Shown: positions 1-11,634 of the stretch, in pieces | How the letters are laid out: every line of letters starts with the position of its first letter | Numbering within the stretch: position 1 is the first letter of the stretch | Assembly: GCA_963663765.2 (NCBI GenBank) | Contig: CAXXUA010000006.1 | Span: 1 to 64,000, forward strand | Direction: 5' to 3' | From: Candidatus Poribacteria bacterium | GTDB lineage: Bacteria; Poribacteria; WGA-4E; WGA-3G | Length of the DNA: 64,000 nt | Program-made: the position numbers and the translations under genes | The notes under the pieces: generated by a model | Told to the model about the DNA's origin: nothing | Seen by the model: the letters and a program-made list of their open reading frames with translations, nothing else | Databases searched by the model: none

Positions 1-347
1 GAATTGTCACATCACCAATCTTGATCGTGATGCCTAATATGTTCTGCCCCCAAATGGTGTTATTGTGTGTTTTAGACCACCAGTTTGAACAGTAAGCTAT
101 TGTTTTTCCATACCGATCCACATTACTGTCATCTACAGTGATACTGGCTCATTGAGTGAATATCCCGATAAAGACACGTTTTGGAGAATGTCAACGCATC
201 CGCAACTTGCTTCGGATTATAGAGACCAAAAAGATGACAAACGGATAACAAAAGTAAAGTGTCAATGATTTGTGATCTAATACGACGAAAACGAGAAATA
301 AGAAGATGTTGAAAAAACTGTAAAGATGTGATAATCTGATGATGCAT
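1..347 (-). pseudogene. DDE transposase N-terminal part (IS701/IS4-like), frameshifted, runs off window edge
   Basis: ORF 129-347 continues in another frame as SITVDDSNVDRYGKTIAYCSNWWSKTH...ILGITIKIG, resembling the first catalytic Asp region of IS701/IS4-type transposases. Confidence 0.6.
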
Positions 348-397
348 GAGATGTCCTCCAAAATATAATCAAATAAAGTGAAATTTTATAATATAGG

Positions 398-550
398 CAG
401 GACTTACGCACCCAACGGTAGGCGGGGAATGCCTAAACGGCATTCATCCCGTTGATTTCTTGATTTGGCGATGGAAACCGAAAAAATGCTGAATATTACA
501 CCATTTTCGTCATAATTCTTCATCAAATCATGAAAACTGCGTAAGTCCTG
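398..550. mobile_element. MITE type C (TIR CAGGACTTACGCA), 5-bp TSD ATAGG
   Basis: 13-bp perfect TIRs 398-410/538-550; ATAGG at 393-397 and 551-555; second copy at 61656-61837. Confidence 0.85.
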
Positions 551-810
551 ATAGGATGACATTTCATGTGTATAAAATCAAGTCAACTTCTCAAAATATT
601 CGCATTTTCATGGTTTAATACCCCCGTTGTAGTGATATTTAGCGGATTCTCTGATAATCTGAAAAATGTCAGATATAATATTTTTGGTGAGGTTTGTCAA
701 TGGAGTGATCAACTGAATCATTACAAAGAATGTTTTTTCGGTTTTATCGTTAGAGAGAATGTATTGCGGGATTCATAAATTCCCATACTAATATAAAAAG
801 GGGTAGTAGT

Positions 811-3474
811 ATGAAAAAATATTTTGTTATCGTGAGTTTGTTATTAATATCCAATATAGCATACGGACAGAATAATATTGCACAAGAAGCATATCTAATT
901 TTTGAAAATAATTGTCTCGGTTGTCATGGTGAATCTGGCACATTCAAAGAAACACTCTATATTGAATATAACAACTTGATTGAAATAGGGAGTGTTATAC
1001 CGAATAATCCTGACGGATCAGAGTTATATAAACGATTGCTCGGACCGACGGAAAACGGTGCACAGATGCCTCTCGGACAGCCAGCACTTTCGGCAGATGC
1101 CATCGCAACGATCCGTCGATGGATAGAGATTGGCGCGCCAGATTGGGCAGTAACCATTGGTGATCGCGCATTCATTACGCAAGGCGCTATACTGGATACT
1201 ATCAAAACACATCTTAATACACTTAACACATCTGACCGCAGTTATGCGCGGTATTTTACGATGACACATTTGTATAATGCTGGTGAACCTCTTGATGTGC
1301 TTGCTGATTATCGATTAGCTCTTAACAAGCTGGTGAACAGCCTATCGTGGGAATTAGAAATTGTTAATCCACAACCGATAGACACAGAACAGACGATCTT
1401 TTACATAGATATACGAGATTATGATTGGGATAAAAGCGATGCTTGGACAGAGCTTGAAGAGGTTTATCCGTATCATATTGCTTTTAATGCGCCAGAGCAA
1501 TCGTATCTAAACGAAAAATTATCGTCTTTACAACTGGAGATAAGTTCTAAAGTGCCAATGATTCATATAGATTGGTTTCTTGCGAATGCCTCGTTACCAC
1601 CGTTATATCATGACATACTCAATTTACCGGAAACGGACTTTGAATTAGAACAACGGTTAGGCATAGATGTTGTTGGAAATCTTCTAAACGCACCCGGACA
1701 TCGCGTGTGGCGCGCAGGGTTTAGTGAATCTAAAGTATCAAGCAACAACCGTGTTGTGGAACGACATACATCGCTATACGGCGCCTACTGGAAAAGCTAC
1801 GATTTTGCGGGAAGTGTTGGTAGGCAAAACATTTTTGTGCATCCAATATCATTTATACACGATGGCGGTGAAGTAGTGTTTAACCTTCCAAACGGCTTAC
1901 AAGCATATTATCTGTCTAATGCAAAGAGCAAACGCCTGGATGTAGCACCGATTGACATTGTATCTAATCCAGCGGCAAGTGATCAGCGCGTGCGGAATGG
2001 GTTATCTTGTATCGGTTGCCATACCGAAGGGATGAAAACCTTTGAGGATACTGTCCGCCAAGCGATTGAGCAGACACCTGTCACACTCTATAACAAAGAA
2101 CACGCATTACAGCTTTATGTGGAGCAATGGGTGATGGACGCGCTTGTGGAAGGTGATGCCTTGCGCTACAAGGGTGCACTTGAACAAACGGGTGGCACAA
2201 TCGGCGGTATTGAACCGATACACCGCTTTTACGAAACATTTCAGAAACCAATTACAACTGCACATGCTGCAGCTGCACTCGGTTTAGGAACTGAGACGTT
2301 TATTCAGAAAATCAGTGAGAATATCAACTCACAAAGTTTAGGTTTACATGTATTCAGTAATCATGGCACAATAAAACGCGATACATGGACAGCCAGATTC
2401 CAAGAAATTGTTTACATATTAGATTTCCCAGACGGAAGTATAGAAACGCCTGATGACCCAGGTAGAGAGCTTATTCCAATCGGTTATGTATATTTTCCTG
2501 ACCCGCATCTACGTACAGTTATTGAAGATTATCTTGGCAAAACCCAAGGTGCTCCAATTACGAAGGTTGAAATGGAATCATTGAGAAAAGAAATTAGAGC
2601 AGAAAATAAAAATATAAGCGATTTATCTGGATTAGAATGTGCTACTAATCTAAGTACATTGAAACTGGGTGGAAATAATATATCTGATATTGAACCTTTA
2701 GCACATCTCGTAAACCTAAAAGAATTGGAAATGCACGGCAGTCCGGTATCTGACTTATCACCAATTGCAAGGCTTACGCAGCTGAAATATATTGCATTTA
2801 GTGGTTGGCAATTATCTGATATTTCTCCAATTAGGGATTTAATAAATCTGGAGAGGTTAGGAATTTCTTGGTCAAATGTAACGGATATATCAGTAGTTGC
2901 TAATATGAAAGCGTTGAGAAGCTTAAGTCTATATCATTGTGAAAAACTCAGTGATTTATCAGCACTTGCTAATTTGCCAGAGTTATGGGACGTAGGACTT
3001 GGTGGTATGAAATCTCTTTCTGATATTTCTGTTGTAACAACATTGCCCAGTTTGACAGTTTTAGATTTCCACGGTAGCCCCATACCGGATTTGTCACCGT
3101 TATCAGGTCTAACAAATTTGAAAGAGTTGGATCTTAGGGGGACAAAATCATCTGATGTGTCTCCACTTGAGAATTTATGTAATTTGAATATTCTCCAATT
3201 AAGCGGTAATCCGATAGATGATATATCTACACTATTCCATTTGTTACCACACACTGAAATTATATGGAATGAAGGTATAGTTCCAACAGCAGATGTAAAT
3301 GATGACGGTATCGTAAATATTTTAGATCTTGTTGCTGTTGCGAATGCTATTGGTAAACCACTATCTGATGAAATATCTGCCCTTGATGTCAACTTTGATG
3401 ATGTAATTAATATATTAGATCTTGTAACTGTTACAAATCAAATGGGTGAACGTTGTAGGATTGATCAACCATGA
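811..3474 (+). CDS. Secreted di-heme cytochrome c (planctomycete-type) + LRR + dockerin protein
   Basis: Signal peptide; CxxCH motifs CLGCH and CIGCH; internalin-type LRRs; two DVNxDxxxNILDL dockerin repeats. Confidence 0.85.
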   Translation: MKKYFVIVSLLLISNIAYGQNNIAQEAYLIFENNCLGCHGESGTFKETLYIEYNNLIEIGSVIPNNPDGSELYKRLLGPTENGAQMPLGQPALSADAIATIRRWIEIGAPDWAVTIGDRAFITQGAILDTIKTHLNTLNTSDRSYARYFTMTHLYNAGEPLDVLADYRLALNKLVNSLSWELEIVNPQPIDTEQTIFYIDIRDYDWDKSDAWTELEEVYPYHIAFNAPEQSYLNEKLSSLQLEISSKVPMIHIDWFLANASLPPLYHDILNLPETDFELEQRLGIDVVGNLLNAPGHRVWRAGFSESKVSSNNRVVERHTSLYGAYWKSYDFAGSVGRQNIFVHPISFIHDGGEVVFNLPNGLQAYYLSNAKSKRLDVAPIDIVSNPAASDQRVRNGLSCIGCHTEGMKTFEDTVRQAIEQTPVTLYNKEHALQLYVEQWVMDALVEGDALRYKGALEQTGGTIGGIEPIHRFYETFQKPITTAHAAAALGLGTETFIQKISENINSQSLGLHVFSNHGTIKRDTWTARFQEIVYILDFPDGSIETPDDPGRELIPIGYVYFPDPHLRTVIEDYLGKTQGAPITKVEMESLRKEIRAENKNISDLSGLECATNLSTLKLGGNNISDIEPLAHLVNLKELEMHGSPVSDLSPIARLTQLKYIAFSGWQLSDISPIRDLINLERLGISWSNVTDISVVANMKALRSLSLYHCEKLSDLSALANLPELWDVGLGGMKSLSDISVVTTLPSLTVLDFHGSPIPDLSPLSGLTNLKELDLRGTKSSDVSPLENLCNLNILQLSGNPIDDISTLFHLLPHTEIIWNEGIVPTADVNDDGIVNILDLVAVANAIGKPLSDEISALDVNFDDVINILDLVTVTNQMGERCRIDQP

Positions 3475-3624
3475 AAGAGATCGTTGCCCGTATATCAGAT
3501 AAGACCTATAATAAGTTGCATGATGTATCTGATATACAGAATCTATTAGCTCTCAAAGAAGCCATAAGTTTGAATCCGTGGCTCGGTGACCTTTTAGATT
3601 GTAGCCAATAACTTAGAGGTTCCA

Positions 3625-3711
3625 GTTGACGAAGCAAATCCACGTGCAGATGTCAATGGTGATGGTGTTATCAATATTCTGGATCTAACGGTTGTCGCGA
3701 CACACATATAG
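3625..3711 (+). pseudogene. Orphan dockerin remnant
   Basis: Translates VDEANPRADVNGDGVINILDLTVVATHI* with no start codon. Confidence 0.6.
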
Positions 3712-3812
3712 AGGTAGAAATTAGGATGGATATTCTGGTGCTTGATGTTGGTTGTTCATACACCAAAGCATTTGTATATCGTAATAATAAGGTCATTAGG
3801 GAATGGAAGTTA

Positions 3813-3966
3813 TACCAATTCAAAGAAATCTTGTCTCATTAAGGAATTCTACTGTTTACTGGCAGGGGGTTACTCTCTTCGGTAGGAGCGACGACACGGT
3901 CGCGACCGTGAGGTCGCTCCTACCAGATTTCCGCTGCTAATGAGACATTATCACTTGAAAATGGTA
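3813..3966. mobile_element. MITE type A (TACCA...TGGTA, ~154 bp) carrying a GTAG REP palindrome
   Basis: Imperfect TIR taccaattcaa/ttgaaaatggta; internal ggtaggagcgac...gtcgctcctacc; 8 copies in window. Confidence 0.85.
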
Positions 3967-4046
3967 TGATATTATGTTTATTAAATCTGGCATAAGAGAA
4001 TTTCAATGAGTTATACTTTTCACAAGTAAAACATATTGGAGAATAG

Positions 4047-5951
4047 ATGAAGAAGATATTTGTTCTAATAGGGTTATTGTTATTCGTAAGTTTTGCTTAT
4101 GCACAAGAAGATGCCTCTGTGTGGATGCCTGACCCAAACTTACGTCATCAAATCAGGGAGCGATTGAAACTGCCTGAAAACGTTCCTCTCACAAAGACAG
4201 AAATCAAACGGATTACATTTTTTAATGCTCGGGCAGGTAATATACGTGACATTACTGGCTTAGAACATGCAATTTATCTTGAACATCTTGACCTTGAAAG
4301 TTGCGAAATACTTGATTTGAAACCTTTTGAGAAGTTAGCCACGCTTGAACATCTTCGGGTTTTAAAATTAGATGGAAACGATCCAAAATTAACAGATATT
4401 ACACCGCTTTCATCTCTAATTCAGTTAACATATTTAGATTTAGGTAGAAATAAAATTTCGGACATAACACCCCTTGCGAATCTAACACAACTACAACATC
4501 TTGATTTACGTAGCAATTATATAACGGACATAACAGCCCTTGCGAATCTAATACAGTTAAAGACATTGATTCTAACAAATAATATTCTTATAGACTTTAC
4601 GGTAGTTGAAAACCTACCGCTTCAAACATTTGAACATGACTGGATTTGTGATGTTCAAATGAAAGATGTTGCAAGCCGACTTGATAGAAGAAGTTTTCCT
4701 GCAATTGTTCACGTGTGGCATGTACGTGAGGCTGAAGGGTTAGACCATCCAAAAGTAGGTTTATTTTTTGGGTCCTATCGGTTTAAACTACAGAGAGTCA
4801 TCGGAACAAATATCATAGAGTATATAGGACCAAGCGAAGAATCCGTGACATCTCACTATGAACAATTTAGGAGAAAGAACCCTGATGTAATTCATCTCAG
4901 AGGCATGATATATAGAGAGGCGTGGCACACACAATTTCCAGAAGATTCACCTTATTGGTTGAGAGGTAAAAATGGTGAAAGATTAAGAAGTGTTCCGAGT
5001 CAACCTGATAATTTGTCCTATTACATTGACTTTACGAAGCCGGAGACCATTGATTTTATTGTTCAACAAGCGGTAGCAGTTGCAAGATGTGGTTTATTTG
5101 ATGGTATTGTCTTTGATTGGTGGACAGACTACCATGCAATTCTAAAGGATAGATCGCAGGATAGTCGGCCCCCAGTACACGGTGTGGAAGTAGAACAAAA
5201 CGCACGCGACGAAATATTGCGTCGTATCCGTGCAGAGGTACCAGAAGATTTTATTATTATCGGAAATGGAAATCGAGGGAAAAACATGCGCACCGCGTGG
5301 GCATGTAATGGTTCCACAATGGAACTTGGACTTGATTATTCTGGCGGATACACACATGCTGGATTAACCCAAATTGATGATGCGGTATTTTGGGTATCAG
5401 AAAATATGCGGGAACCGCGCGTGAATGCTGTTCATTTTGATGGTATTGAATATGAACCTTGGGATTCCCCTAACAATCAACAGATGATGCGTGTTTGCTC
5501 AACACTTGTCCTTACGATGTCTAATGCTTTTTTTAGTTATAGACCTGATAATCAACGTGATTTTAATTGGTATGATTTCTGGGATGCTGATCTCGGTAAA
5601 CCGGTTGGAGAAAAAAGACAACTTTATGAAGATAAAGATGGGTTATTTATCCGCGAGTTTACGAATGGGTGGGTCGTTTACAACCGTAGTTATGCTAATC
5701 GGACACTTCAATTTGATGTTCCTGTCCAAGGCACTCATAGTAAACGTATTGGCACGCAACATGAAGTTCCTGATTTAGATGGTGAAATATTGATCAAAGT
5801 TGATCTTGATTTGAATGATGATGGTGTTGTGAATATTCTTGATCTTGTGATTGTTGCCAATGCCTTTGGCACGGAATCACAACAAGCTGATATCAACGGG
5901 GATGGTAATGTTGATATTCTTGACCTTGTTTTAATTGCGAATGGATTGTAA
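4047..5951 (+). CDS. Secreted LRR + putative glycoside hydrolase (GHL15-like barrel) + dockerin, paralogue 1
   Basis: Signal peptide, LRRs, YIDFT...FDGIVFDWW barrel motif, C-terminal dockerin pair. Confidence 0.8.
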   Translation: MKKIFVLIGLLLFVSFAYAQEDASVWMPDPNLRHQIRERLKLPENVPLTKTEIKRITFFNARAGNIRDITGLEHAIYLEHLDLESCEILDLKPFEKLATLEHLRVLKLDGNDPKLTDITPLSSLIQLTYLDLGRNKISDITPLANLTQLQHLDLRSNYITDITALANLIQLKTLILTNNILIDFTVVENLPLQTFEHDWICDVQMKDVASRLDRRSFPAIVHVWHVREAEGLDHPKVGLFFGSYRFKLQRVIGTNIIEYIGPSEESVTSHYEQFRRKNPDVIHLRGMIYREAWHTQFPEDSPYWLRGKNGERLRSVPSQPDNLSYYIDFTKPETIDFIVQQAVAVARCGLFDGIVFDWWTDYHAILKDRSQDSRPPVHGVEVEQNARDEILRRIRAEVPEDFIIIGNGNRGKNMRTAWACNGSTMELGLDYSGGYTHAGLTQIDDAVFWVSENMREPRVNAVHFDGIEYEPWDSPNNQQMMRVCSTLVLTMSNAFFSYRPDNQRDFNWYDFWDADLGKPVGEKRQLYEDKDGLFIREFTNGWVVYNRSYANRTLQFDVPVQGTHSKRIGTQHEVPDLDGEILIKVDLDLNDDGVVNILDLVIVANAFGTESQQADINGDGNVDILDLVLIANGL

Positions 5952-6261
5952 TACCAATTCAAATAAATCTTGTCTCATTAAGGAAGTCTACTGTTTACTC
6001 GCAGGGGGTTACTCTCTTCGGTAGGAGTGACCTCACGGTCGCGACCGTGAGGTCACTCCTACCAGATTTCCGCTGATAATGAGACATTATCACTTGAAAA
6101 TGGTATAATACCAATTCATATAAATCTTGTCTCATCATGGAATTCTACTGTTAACTCGCAGCGGGTTACTCTCTTCGGTAGGAGCGACCTCACGGTCACA
6201 CCGGGGGGTCGCTCCTACCAGATTTCCGCTGATAATGAGACATTATCACTTGAAAATGGTA
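5952..6261. mobile_element. Two tandem type A MITEs (5952-6105, 6109-6261)
   Basis: Same TIRs and internal REP; TAA/TAA/TTA at the junctions. Confidence 0.85.
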
Positions 6262-6263
6262 TT

Positions 6264-8348
6264 ATGAGAGGTGTTATTATTATAACAGAAAAGACACAAA
6301 AACAACCGAAATACAAAAGTATTCCGAAGCAGGTTTCCCGTAAGGACTTCAATAAAAAGACATTATTTCATGGGGTTGCAAATGAGGGTGAGATTCCAAC
6401 ATGGGTATTACCTGATAGCGCAATTTCAAGATTAGGACAAGGGAGAATAATGTCTGACATTGCATACTCTCCGGATGGTAAGTTCATTACATTTGGAAGT
6501 GCTGTTGGGTTATGGTGGTATGATTTATCCACCATGACCCCTATTGCACTATGGGACACAGACAGAGGTTTTATTTCTACAGTTTCATTTTCTGCAGATG
6601 GTCGATGGCTTGCCACTGGCGATGGTGACGGTCTTGTCAAGATATGGGATGTGCAGCACCGTATCTGTATCGCGCAGATGGAACGGGATGAAGATGAGAA
6701 ATCTCACCATTTGGTTTCTTACCTCGTCTTTTCACCCGATTGTCAACGTCTTGCTGTGTCCAGCGTCCGTGATTATATCCTATATGTCTATCATCCAGAA
6801 ACTGGTCAACGTCTTGCGAAACTCAATGACGACCCGAATAAATTCAGATGGCGCGGTTACACAAGGCGACCAATCACTTTTTCTTCAGATAGCCGCTTAT
6901 TGGCGTGTCCAATACCTGATAACAGTTTGGACATACAAGCCAAACCCGGTGGAACCATCCATCTTCCTGAGAATTTTACCGAATTCATCGCAGTGTGGAA
7001 TATAGAAACACAAGAACAACTTGCATGCCTTACAAATACCGACGGAGTTGTACGGAGCATTTGTTTTTCACCATGTGGACGGTTCCTTGCCGCTGGTGGG
7101 CGGGGAGGATCGGTTCGGATCTGGTCTGTTGACAATTGGCAACAGACTCAGCAGTATCTCGATTTTTTTGGTACAGGACGGATGCAACTATTCTATTCAC
7201 CATCTGGTATTCTCTACGCTTCCCAAAAATCTGATGAAACCTTTGTCGTATGGGATGTTGCAAGCGGTGAAAAGTGCGACTTATCCTTAGATGAACATAG
7301 TTCTCTACAAGGTGTTCCTGTTCCTAAAGGAACTCCTTTTGTTCTACCTTTCAATAACCCTCGCGAATTTCGGAAATGGAGAGTCGATGATTCCGAGCCG
7401 AATTCAATGCAGCATTTACATACGGGTGTACCATTTTCGCTGGTTTTTGCATCAGATGGAAAAACACTCGCAGGTGGCTATTGGAACAAAGGTGAGGAGG
7501 TAATGTTATGGGATATTTCCAAACCTTCATTAATGCCCACTTGTGTTAATCTACCGGGTAGTTATGTTGTTTCTGCATCACCACAAGGGAATATCTACGC
7601 TGCCGGTGTCAATGGTAATTCCGCCAAGGTGTGGAAGATTGGAAACAGCGAAACGCCCATCGCTACTTTCACATTACCCAACGAAAATAGTCAACTTGCA
7701 GTACAAGAACAGCAGGTATCAACAGCAGCATTTGCACACAAAACTAACCTGATGGCATGTGGGGATAGTGAAGGCACAATGTATGTGTGGGATGTACAGC
7801 AACAGCTCATACAACACACGCTTAAAGCCCATTCGGAATGGATTAATTTCATAGCATTTAGTCCAGATGAAAAGAATATTGTGAGTATGACAAGAACCGG
7901 ACCTGTTTCCAAGTTGTGGAACGTTGAAAGCTGTGAATTTATCAAAGCGTTTCCAGAAAGAAATTATGCGTTTGCGTTTTCACCTTGTAGCACCTTGATT
8001 GCACTCGCTCAGATAGGTCGTCCATCAGAAATAGAATTATGGAATATCAAATGTTGTGAAACTATTATTAGGATACCTCAACCGAAGGATAGTACGTATC
8101 CATTTGCATTGGCATTTTCACCATGTGGTCGATTTTTGGCTTCCGGCGCAACGTGGATAAGGGGATTTGGTATTAAGAAGTGTCCGGTGTTGCTATGGGA
8201 TGTTGCAAGTGGCGAAAACATCACCGCCTTCCGAGGACATCCAACAGATGTTCAGGATCTCGCTTTTTCACCAGATGGCAAACTTCTGGCTAGTGGTAGT
8301 TATGATGGCACTATTCTCATCTGGGATATGACACCCTATCTTTTATAG
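6264..8348 (+). CDS. WD40 repeat protein with N-terminus derived from an IS5 transposase
   Basis: WD40 blades ending GHPTDVQDLAFSPDGKLLASGSYDGTILIWD; QKQPKYKSIPKQVSRKDFN matches the transposase start at ~24425-24490 (minus strand). Confidence 0.85.
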   Translation: MRGVIIITEKTQKQPKYKSIPKQVSRKDFNKKTLFHGVANEGEIPTWVLPDSAISRLGQGRIMSDIAYSPDGKFITFGSAVGLWWYDLSTMTPIALWDTDRGFISTVSFSADGRWLATGDGDGLVKIWDVQHRICIAQMERDEDEKSHHLVSYLVFSPDCQRLAVSSVRDYILYVYHPETGQRLAKLNDDPNKFRWRGYTRRPITFSSDSRLLACPIPDNSLDIQAKPGGTIHLPENFTEFIAVWNIETQEQLACLTNTDGVVRSICFSPCGRFLAAGGRGGSVRIWSVDNWQQTQQYLDFFGTGRMQLFYSPSGILYASQKSDETFVVWDVASGEKCDLSLDEHSSLQGVPVPKGTPFVLPFNNPREFRKWRVDDSEPNSMQHLHTGVPFSLVFASDGKTLAGGYWNKGEEVMLWDISKPSLMPTCVNLPGSYVVSASPQGNIYAAGVNGNSAKVWKIGNSETPIATFTLPNENSQLAVQEQQVSTAAFAHKTNLMACGDSEGTMYVWDVQQQLIQHTLKAHSEWINFIAFSPDEKNIVSMTRTGPVSKLWNVESCEFIKAFPERNYAFAFSPCSTLIALAQIGRPSEIELWNIKCCETIIRIPQPKDSTYPFALAFSPCGRFLASGATWIRGFGIKKCPVLLWDVASGENITAFRGHPTDVQDLAFSPDGKLLASGSYDGTILIWDMTPYLL

Positions 8349-8425
8349 AACTTAATAGTCAAATATTCTCTAATATTTTGCTATGATGAAAAGACATACA
8401 AAAATGATATAAGAGTATGTCTTTA

Positions 8426-9086
8426 TACCAATTCAAATAAATCGTGTCTCATTAAGCAATACCTTCGCCATTTTTGAGTGCTTCAGTTGAATGAGTATAT
8501 AGTGTTGATCTACCATTGCTCTGTGATATTGTTAGGATTACATAAATAAAAATAACTTCAGGTTTTCGTTGAAGTATTTTTAATTATCATAGCGTCTAAT
8601 TTGACGATAGAATCTGACAGAATAATTTATATGCACAATCTGGAAGAATGTGCTACAACTGACCGCACAATCTGGAAGAATGTGCTACAACTGACCGCAC
8701 AATCTGGAAGAATGTGCTACAACTGACCGCACAATCTGGAAGAATGTGCTACAACTGACCGCACAATCTGGAAGAATGTCTATTATTGGCGAAGGTATTG
8801 ATTAAGGAATTATACTGTTTACTGGCAGGGAGTTACACTCTTCGGTAGGAGCGACCTCCCGGTCGCGACCGTGAGGTCGCTCCTACCAGATTTCCGCTGC
8901 TAATGAGACTTTATCACTTGAAAATGGTATTATACCAATTCAAATAAATCGTGTCTCATTATGGAATTCTACTGTTTACTGGCAGGGGGTTACTCTCTTC
9001 GGTAGGAGCGACCTCCCGGTCGCGACCGTGATGTCGCTCCTATCAGATTTCCGCTGCTAATGAGACATTATCACTTGAAAATGGTA
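8426..9086. mobile_element. Two tandem type A MITEs (8426-8929, interrupted by type B; 8933-9086)
   Basis: TTA at all three junctions; first copy split at ATTAAG. Confidence 0.85.
8457..8800. mobile_element. MITE type B (TIR CAATACCTTCGCCA, 6-bp TSD) with a 32-bp tandem array (4 units + partial)
   Basis: Perfect 14-bp TIR; ATTAAG at 8451-8456 and 8801-8806; array 8633-8779. Confidence 0.9.
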
Positions 9087-9205
9087 TTATATATAAATGT
9101 TGATAATATTTACAGCATATCTCATAAATAGTCAAATAGTATAATAAATCCTTTTAATTTATGATCATCTCTGTTAAACTTTTGAGAACACGTAAAAGTT
9201 AGGAG

Positions 9206-9454
9206 ATGTTATATATGGAACTGAATGATAAAGAGTGGCAAATCGTTGAACCATTGTTTCCCGAACTCCCGACAGGACACCGTGGGAGACCTTGGCGTGG
9301 AAATCGAGAAGTATTAGATGGAATACTTTGGATATTACGGACGGGTGCGCCGTGGCGTGATTTACCGAAGAAGTATACATCGTATCAAACGTGTCATCAT
9401 CGTTTCCAGCAATGGTGTATTGATGAGGCGCTAAAAAGTGTGCTTGAAGAGTAA
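9206..9454 (+). pseudogene. IS5-family transposase N-terminal fragment (DUF4096-like)
   Basis: LNDKEWQIVEPLFP...GRP...LDGILWILRTGAPWRDLP..Y..YQTCHHRFQQW; stops before the DDE domain. Confidence 0.85.
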
Positions 9455-9471
9455 CGTTGGAGGAAGATTAT

Positions 9472-11634
9472 ATGTACACTCAGGAAACTAATGGTAATGA
9501 TGTTACTACTTGGGCACTTCCCGAAGGTGCGACTGTACGTTTAGGAAGAGGTCAAATACACAGTACAGCGTTTTCACCTGACGGGACACATCTTGTAGTG
9601 GGAACTCGCATAGGTTGCTGGTGGTACAACCTCGGTACAATTACGCACCATGCATTGTGGGGAACTGAAAGGGGGATGGTTTATGCCATCTCCTTTTCCC
9701 ATGATGCCCGATGGATTGCTATAGGTGACTGGGATGGTATTGTCAAAATATGGGATACGCAAAATCTGCAATGTGTTAAAAAAATAGACGTACCCGGAAA
9801 TTCGATGAGCAGAATGTCATGTGCTGACAACCTCACTTTTTCACGAGATGGACAGCACTTAACCTTTTCAAATGCTATCTCTTACGGTGGAGGTATGCAT
9901 TGTACTGTTCACGATTGGCAGACAAACATTAACACACCTATAGATAGTTTTACTGTAAAACCCAAACCGGGTAGACGTTACATACATCCCACTGCGTTTT
10001 CACCTGATGGACACCTTTTTGCTTATACTTCTGATGCTAATACCACATCTGTATTGGATGTGAAGACCGGAGAACACGTCGCAGAATTTACTGATGAGTA
10101 TAATGGAAACTCTGAAAAGAGCTGTTATAAACTTGTCTTTTCACCTTGTGCACAGTTTCTTGCTGCCTGTAACAAGGGTAACAAAGTTCACGTATGGAAC
10201 ATTCATAACGGCACTTATGAGATGCCACCGACACCTTACGGTGAAGATAACTACATACAATATGGAATACCTTCCTATTCGTCAGATGGGACCTTGCGTG
10301 TTGCCGGTATCGGTAGTAGTGAAGTAGTGCTATGGGATGCAACGCTTAAAGACAAGATAGGTGCTTTTGAATCTTGGAATCCAGACCGGATAAGTGCTTG
10401 TTTTTCAAAAGATGGCACACGATTTGCAGTTGCTAATGGACGTGGTGAACTCCAGGTGTGGACAGAGGACACACCTTCAAAGGTAACGTATTTCCCAAAA
10501 CATTTAAGAGATACTGGTCATGTAGGTTTTTCAAAGGATAACCTTAGACTTGTAAGTTACCACCAGACTCGCGCCGGTGTCACAGTATGGGATGTCGCAA
10601 GACAACAAGTGGAAGAACGTCAGACATTCCATTACCAATACAAAAGATCTACTGTTCTTGGTGGTATAGTTTTATCAAAGAGTCGAAACTTATTGGCTAC
10701 CACTGAAGAGAAAGAACATACGCTAAAAATTTGGGATCTTGTTTCAAACACACAAATCGCAGACCTACCTACAGATCGAAGACGAGTAAATGCGTTGACA
10801 TTCTCGCCGACAGGAGAGTATCTTGTCGGTGCAGTTCACCGAGAACCGTTTAAAGTTTGGCATGTTATCTCCGGCATCCAAGTCGCAGAACTCGACAGAA
10901 ATTCGTCGTCTCCAACTTCAAGGGTAAAAATGGCGTTTTCGCGATCGGGGGAATATTTCGTCACTGTTTATAATAAGAGTTTCACTGTGTGGAATGTTTA
11001 TCAATGGGAAAAAAGGTACCATAAACCACTTACAATACAGAATTATCATGGGTTGAGATTGATACCTTACCCAAACAGTAAACGTTTTATCACTATTCCG
11101 TTAGAGGGGGATACTCTTGTCTGGGAGTTTGAAAGCGGTGAAAAACTGGGTTCCCTTGACACAACTACAGCTACGCCTTTAGATGCCTCACTGTATAGAG
11201 GCACATCACAAGATATCCAGCGCGTTTTTGAACACAGAACATTGACTCCCAGACATATTTGGTCACTCAGGTTCTCACCTTGTGGTCACTTCATCATAGG
11301 CGGCATGAAGGACGAAATCCGAGTTTGGGATACAACCACCTTAGAAATGCGTATGGCAATAATTCCTCCTGCAGAATGCTGTAAACCTTATGCACTTGCA
11401 TTTTCACCATGTGGCAATTATTTTGCCGCTGGTTCTCGATGGCAAGATGGACAGAAAAAAACATCCATCCGTTTATGGGATATTACCACTGGCGAAAACA
11501 TCCATACCTTCTGGGGACATTCTTCGTGTGTCTTATCGCTCAATTTTTCGCCCGATGGAACACTTTTAGCAAGTGGTAGTTATGATGGCACTATTCTACT
11601 TTGGGATATGAAGCCTTACTTGGCAAAGACATAG
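9472..11634 (+). CDS. WD40 repeat protein (probably a double propeller)
   Basis: LPEGATVRLGRG leader shared with other WD40 genes; WD40 blades; ATG at 9472 follows GGAGGA. Confidence 0.85.
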   Translation: MYTQETNGNDVTTWALPEGATVRLGRGQIHSTAFSPDGTHLVVGTRIGCWWYNLGTITHHALWGTERGMVYAISFSHDARWIAIGDWDGIVKIWDTQNLQCVKKIDVPGNSMSRMSCADNLTFSRDGQHLTFSNAISYGGGMHCTVHDWQTNINTPIDSFTVKPKPGRRYIHPTAFSPDGHLFAYTSDANTTSVLDVKTGEHVAEFTDEYNGNSEKSCYKLVFSPCAQFLAACNKGNKVHVWNIHNGTYEMPPTPYGEDNYIQYGIPSYSSDGTLRVAGIGSSEVVLWDATLKDKIGAFESWNPDRISACFSKDGTRFAVANGRGELQVWTEDTPSKVTYFPKHLRDTGHVGFSKDNLRLVSYHQTRAGVTVWDVARQQVEERQTFHYQYKRSTVLGGIVLSKSRNLLATTEEKEHTLKIWDLVSNTQIADLPTDRRRVNALTFSPTGEYLVGAVHREPFKVWHVISGIQVAELDRNSSSPTSRVKMAFSRSGEYFVTVYNKSFTVWNVYQWEKRYHKPLTIQNYHGLRLIPYPNSKRFITIPLEGDTLVWEFESGEKLGSLDTTTATPLDASLYRGTSQDIQRVFEHRTLTPRHIWSLRFSPCGHFIIGGMKDEIRVWDTTTLEMRMAIIPPAECCKPYALAFSPCGNYFAAGSRWQDGQKKTSIRLWDITTGENIHTFWGHSSCVLSLNFSPDGTLLASGSYDGTILLWDMKPYLAKT

